Of a stretch of 64,000 nucleotides of DNA, positions 60,117-64,000 are shown piece by piece. Made by a program: the position numbers and the translations under genes. Where the stretch lies: the NCBI RefSeq assembly GCF_009914755.1, contig NC_060942.1; one strand, 5' to 3'. Positions within the stretch are counted from its first letter, which is position 1; each line of letters begins with the position of its first letter. Under the pieces are notes generated by a model, which made no database searches, was not told where the DNA came from, and saw nothing but the letters and a program-made list of their open reading frames with translations. Source of the DNA: the human T2T-CHM13v2.0 reference genome, Homo sapiens.

Positions 60117-60624
60117 TCCAAGACTCATTACTGATCCTCTTCTCTATCTATAATAACTCTTTTGGAATTCCATTAACTCACCTGGCTTTAAGTACCACTT
60201 ATACCAATAACTCCTAATGTGTATCTTAAAGTTAGAACTCAAACCTGAACTCTTCCTGACATTTGAAAGGTCTGTTGACTTCTCAAATTTGTCTTGTTCT
60301 ACATGGAACTCCTGATCTCTCTCCAAACCTGTTGCTCCAGTGCCTTCCCTATCTTTGTTGATGATCCCATCTGTTGATGGCAACTCCACCCTTCCAGTCA
60401 CTCGGGCAAACTATCATAAGTCACAGTCTGTCATGAAGTCCAATTGTCTGTATCTACATCATAATATCTCCAGAATCCTAACACTTATCACCATATGAAT
60501 TCCCATCACCCTGGTCAAAGCCAATCATCTTTTTTGAAAACCCTTGAATAGATTTCTAAATGGTCTTTTTTCTTCTTTACCTCCTTCTTTGCATATTCCC
60601 AATATAATAACTAAAATGATTGAT

Positions 60625-61550
60625 TTTGTTTAAAAAAGTTTATTTTGGTAAGAACACAACATGAGATCTAATCTTTTAACAATTTATTATTATTTTTTAT
60701 TTTTATTTTTTTTTTTTTTGAGACAGAGTCTCGCTGTGTCACCTAGGCTGGAGTGCAGTGGTGCAATCTCGGTTCACTGCAAGCTCCGCCTCCCGCGTTC
60801 ACGCCATTCTCCTGCCTCAGCCTCCTGAGTAGCTGGGACTACAGGCACCTGCCACCACGCCTGGCTAATTTTTGTATTTTTGGTAGAGACAGGGTTTCAT
60901 CGTGTTAGCCAGGATGGTATTGATCTCCTGATCTTGTGATCCACCTGTCTAAGCCTCCCAGCAAATTTTTAAGTGTACATTAGAGAGTTGGTAATTATAG
61001 GGACAATGTTTTATAGCAGATCTGTGTTTTCAAGGATGTGGAGAAAAGGGAACCTTTGTACAATGTTGGTTAGAATGCAAAATAGTGTAACTGTTGTAGA
61101 AAACAGTATGGCAATTTCTCAAAAAATTAAACTACCATACTACCATAAGATCCAGTAATCCCACTTCTGGGTATTTATCCGAAAGAATTGAAATCAGGAT
61201 CTCAAAGAGATATTAGCACTCCCATACACATTGCAACACTATTCACAGTAGCCAATTTGTGGAAACAATTGAAATGTCCATCTTTGGATGAATGGATAAG
61301 AAAATATGGTGTATACATAAAATGGAATATTATTCAAACTAAAAAAAGAAGGAAATCCTACCATATGTGACAACATGGAAGAAACTTCAGGGCATTATGC
61401 CAAGTAAAAGAAGGCAGTGACAGTAGGACAAATACTACATAATACCACTTAGGTAAGGTACTGAAAATAGCCAAATTTATCGACTCACAGAATGGTGGTT
61501 GCCAGAGGCTGGTAGAGAGAGAGAAATGGAGAGTTGCTGTCCAATGGGCT
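60625..61550 (-). mobile_element. L1MA9-like element with 5' inversion (minus 3' end 60625-61024, inverted segment 61025-61550)
   Basis: See finding; L1 3' terminus antisense, upstream ORF2 end and 3'UTR sense. Confidence 0.75.
60684..60960 (-). mobile_element. AluY, slightly 5'-truncated, nested in L1MA
   Basis: gcaagctccgcctccc...ttcacgccattctc, cgtgttagccaggatgg. Confidence 0.92.
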
Positions 61551-63195
61551 TAGAATAATCCTTTAAAAATACAACAGTTCATGTCACTCACAGAGTAAGA
61601 GCCAAAGCTCTTACCAGGGCCTAAAATGTGTCATCTAGACTTCACAGTTCCTCTATGACCTTTGGGGTCCTCTCCATTACAAGGCCATCTTATTGCCTAC
61701 CATTCTATGCCCACTAGAGCATGGAGATCACATACCCCACCCGTCACCCCATCCCTAAAGCAAAGAAAGCGTGAGGTCCTGAAGAAGGGTGACCCCATGA
61801 TTAGGTGGCATGTTGATCCAACAGAGAGACTGGATGGACTTGCCTAGGTCACTGCCATTCCATGGCCAGCCCCAATGCATCTTCCCCACACACCCCAAAG
61901 AAGGACTTGACCTCATGCTTGTTTGCTCACTGCTGTCAAAGGTAGCCACATGCTTGCTGTAGGTGACAGCAGTGTACACAGGGACCCTTCCTAATTGGGT
62001 CTCACTTCTAAACCCTCCTTCAAGTAGCTATCACAATTAAACACTCCCATTCAGATTCTTTCAATCTGCAAGCTTACTCCTTACAGTCATCTGCTTTCTC
62101 GGCATTCTCATCCCTACGCTACTCTGCATATCCTTCCTGGTGAATGAACACTCCACTCCATTCCCCTTTCCCCATCATGACTTTCCTGTGCTTTCTGGGA
62201 CTCCCACTCAGGGATCAGCAAATTCCTCCAACCCTTTTCTGAACATTCCCTCTACCACTTTGCCTGAATTGAAACCTGTCTAACCCCTGCAGGCAGTGAC
62301 CCCCTTCAGTTGTCTCAGGCAGAAGCCACTTCTACCTTCAAACTCTGTTTATCAAGGTTGGGAGGGAGAATCTGTGCCTCTCTTTATTCTCCAATGCCAC
62401 TTCCTGACCACAGCTCTCTATTCTATTTTTTGAGGTTTATAAAATTTAACTTGTAAATGGAAAAGGGAAAAAAGTGGCCAAAAACTCAAATCGAGAATAC
62501 ATTTGGAAGTAAATATCTTTTTCACCCCACAATTCAACCCCTCAACCACCCTTCACGCTTTCACATGTTGACTCCTGAGTGGGAGTTCCAGAAGGCACAG
62601 GAAAGTCATGGGAGGAAGAGAGGGATGGAGTGGAGTGTTCCCTCAGCTGCCTGCACATATATGTGCATGTACGTGGCAGAGGCACATGAACATCTGGGCA
62701 CATGTGTACATACACACACACAGGCTGATATTTACATCTTTACACAAATACATACACATGAGGACAAATACAAACATACCTGTGACTATGTAATGATTCA
62801 CACACCTGTGCGTGCTCATATGCATGCTTGCTTTCATAAAATGAGGGCATGCGTTCATATTTTCAGTTTATCAACAAACTTTTTAAAAAGTATAATATAC
62901 GTATAAGAAAAGTACGCAAATCAGCTTGACAAATTATCTCAAAGTGAATACGCTCATTTAACACTGTCTCGCTACCTGTGATTTTCACTTAACGCTCCAT
63001 TGTGAATATCTTCTCGACTATCATGGGTCCATTCTAGGATTGAAGGCACAATTTACTTAAGTAGTCCAAGATCTTTAGGCCTTTTCCGTTGTTTTACTAT
63101 TAGAAAAAATGCTGCAATCGTTACCCTTGTTCATGTCTCTGTAACCACATTTATGAGAATAAATGAAAGTGGAAATTCTGGGTTTCCTTGCTGTC

Positions 63196-63640
<445 letters not shown>

Positions 63641-63937
63641 TAGCCTGTAGAGGAGCTGCCACTGAACTTCCTAGCGATGCTGTTGCCCCTCTCACCAAGG
63701 CCCATGGCCTTAATGGATGGGGTGTCCTTGAGGCCCTCTTGTGGAACGTCATCCTCTGGGGGGTCTTCTGGCTTTACGTGTTGTGTTCCAGCATGCCCGC
63801 TTGTGTCGGCCCCTTTGTGTTTTCTTACGCCTTCTGGCAGGACACCCCAGACATTTCCCCTTCACTTAGTGTTGGTCATCACTTTCTCTGGGCTTCAAAG
63901 AACCCCCTTAGAGGCAAGTTTGCCCATCTCTTAAGAT

Positions 63938-64000
63938 TAATGTTGCCAGATCTAGCAAATAAAATTACAAGATGCCCAGTTCAATTAAAATTTCAGATAA
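63938..64000. mobile_element. MER53-like hAT element (runs off the window)
   Basis: gttgccagatctagcaaataaaattacaagatgcccagttcaattaaaatttcagataa. Confidence 0.75.

Larger units (their letters stand above)
60140..61700 (+). mobile_element. L2 fragment interrupted by an inverted L1MA
   Basis: L2 motifs tcatcttt, ccatcaccctggtcaaagcca; resumes at 61551 (taatcctttaaaaata...catgtcactc). Confidence 0.6.

Overview
Human (primate) genomic DNA, repeat-rich, with no intact protein-coding exon that I can support. A CpG island at ~2.4-3.8 kb looks like the promoter and non-coding first exon(s) of a minus-strand gene. From memory, the island plus a young RPL6 retrocopy ~47 kb away fits L3MBTL4 / RPL6P27 at 18p11.31, but I cannot verify this here. 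The rest is a layered record of insertions: about 30 Alu/FLAM/FRAM copies, two full-length Tigger1, a Tigger3b, a young 5'-truncated L1PA2, two long old L1MB-type elements, several solo LTRs, MIR/L2 fragments and a near-intact RPL6 processed pseudogene. The most notable structure is at 43444-43700: a full-length U6 snRNA copy fused directly to the 3' end of RPS29 mRNA (last 19 codons, 3'UTR, AATAAA, A-tail) inside one target-site duplication, i.e. a U6/mRNA chimeric retrocopy. Also notable are a perfect 128-bp tandem duplication, an ancient twin-primed L1 inversion, and two Tyr->TAG stops as the only inactivating lesions of the RPL6 copy. Repeat subfamily names come from recalled consensus sequences and need RepeatMasker confirmation.
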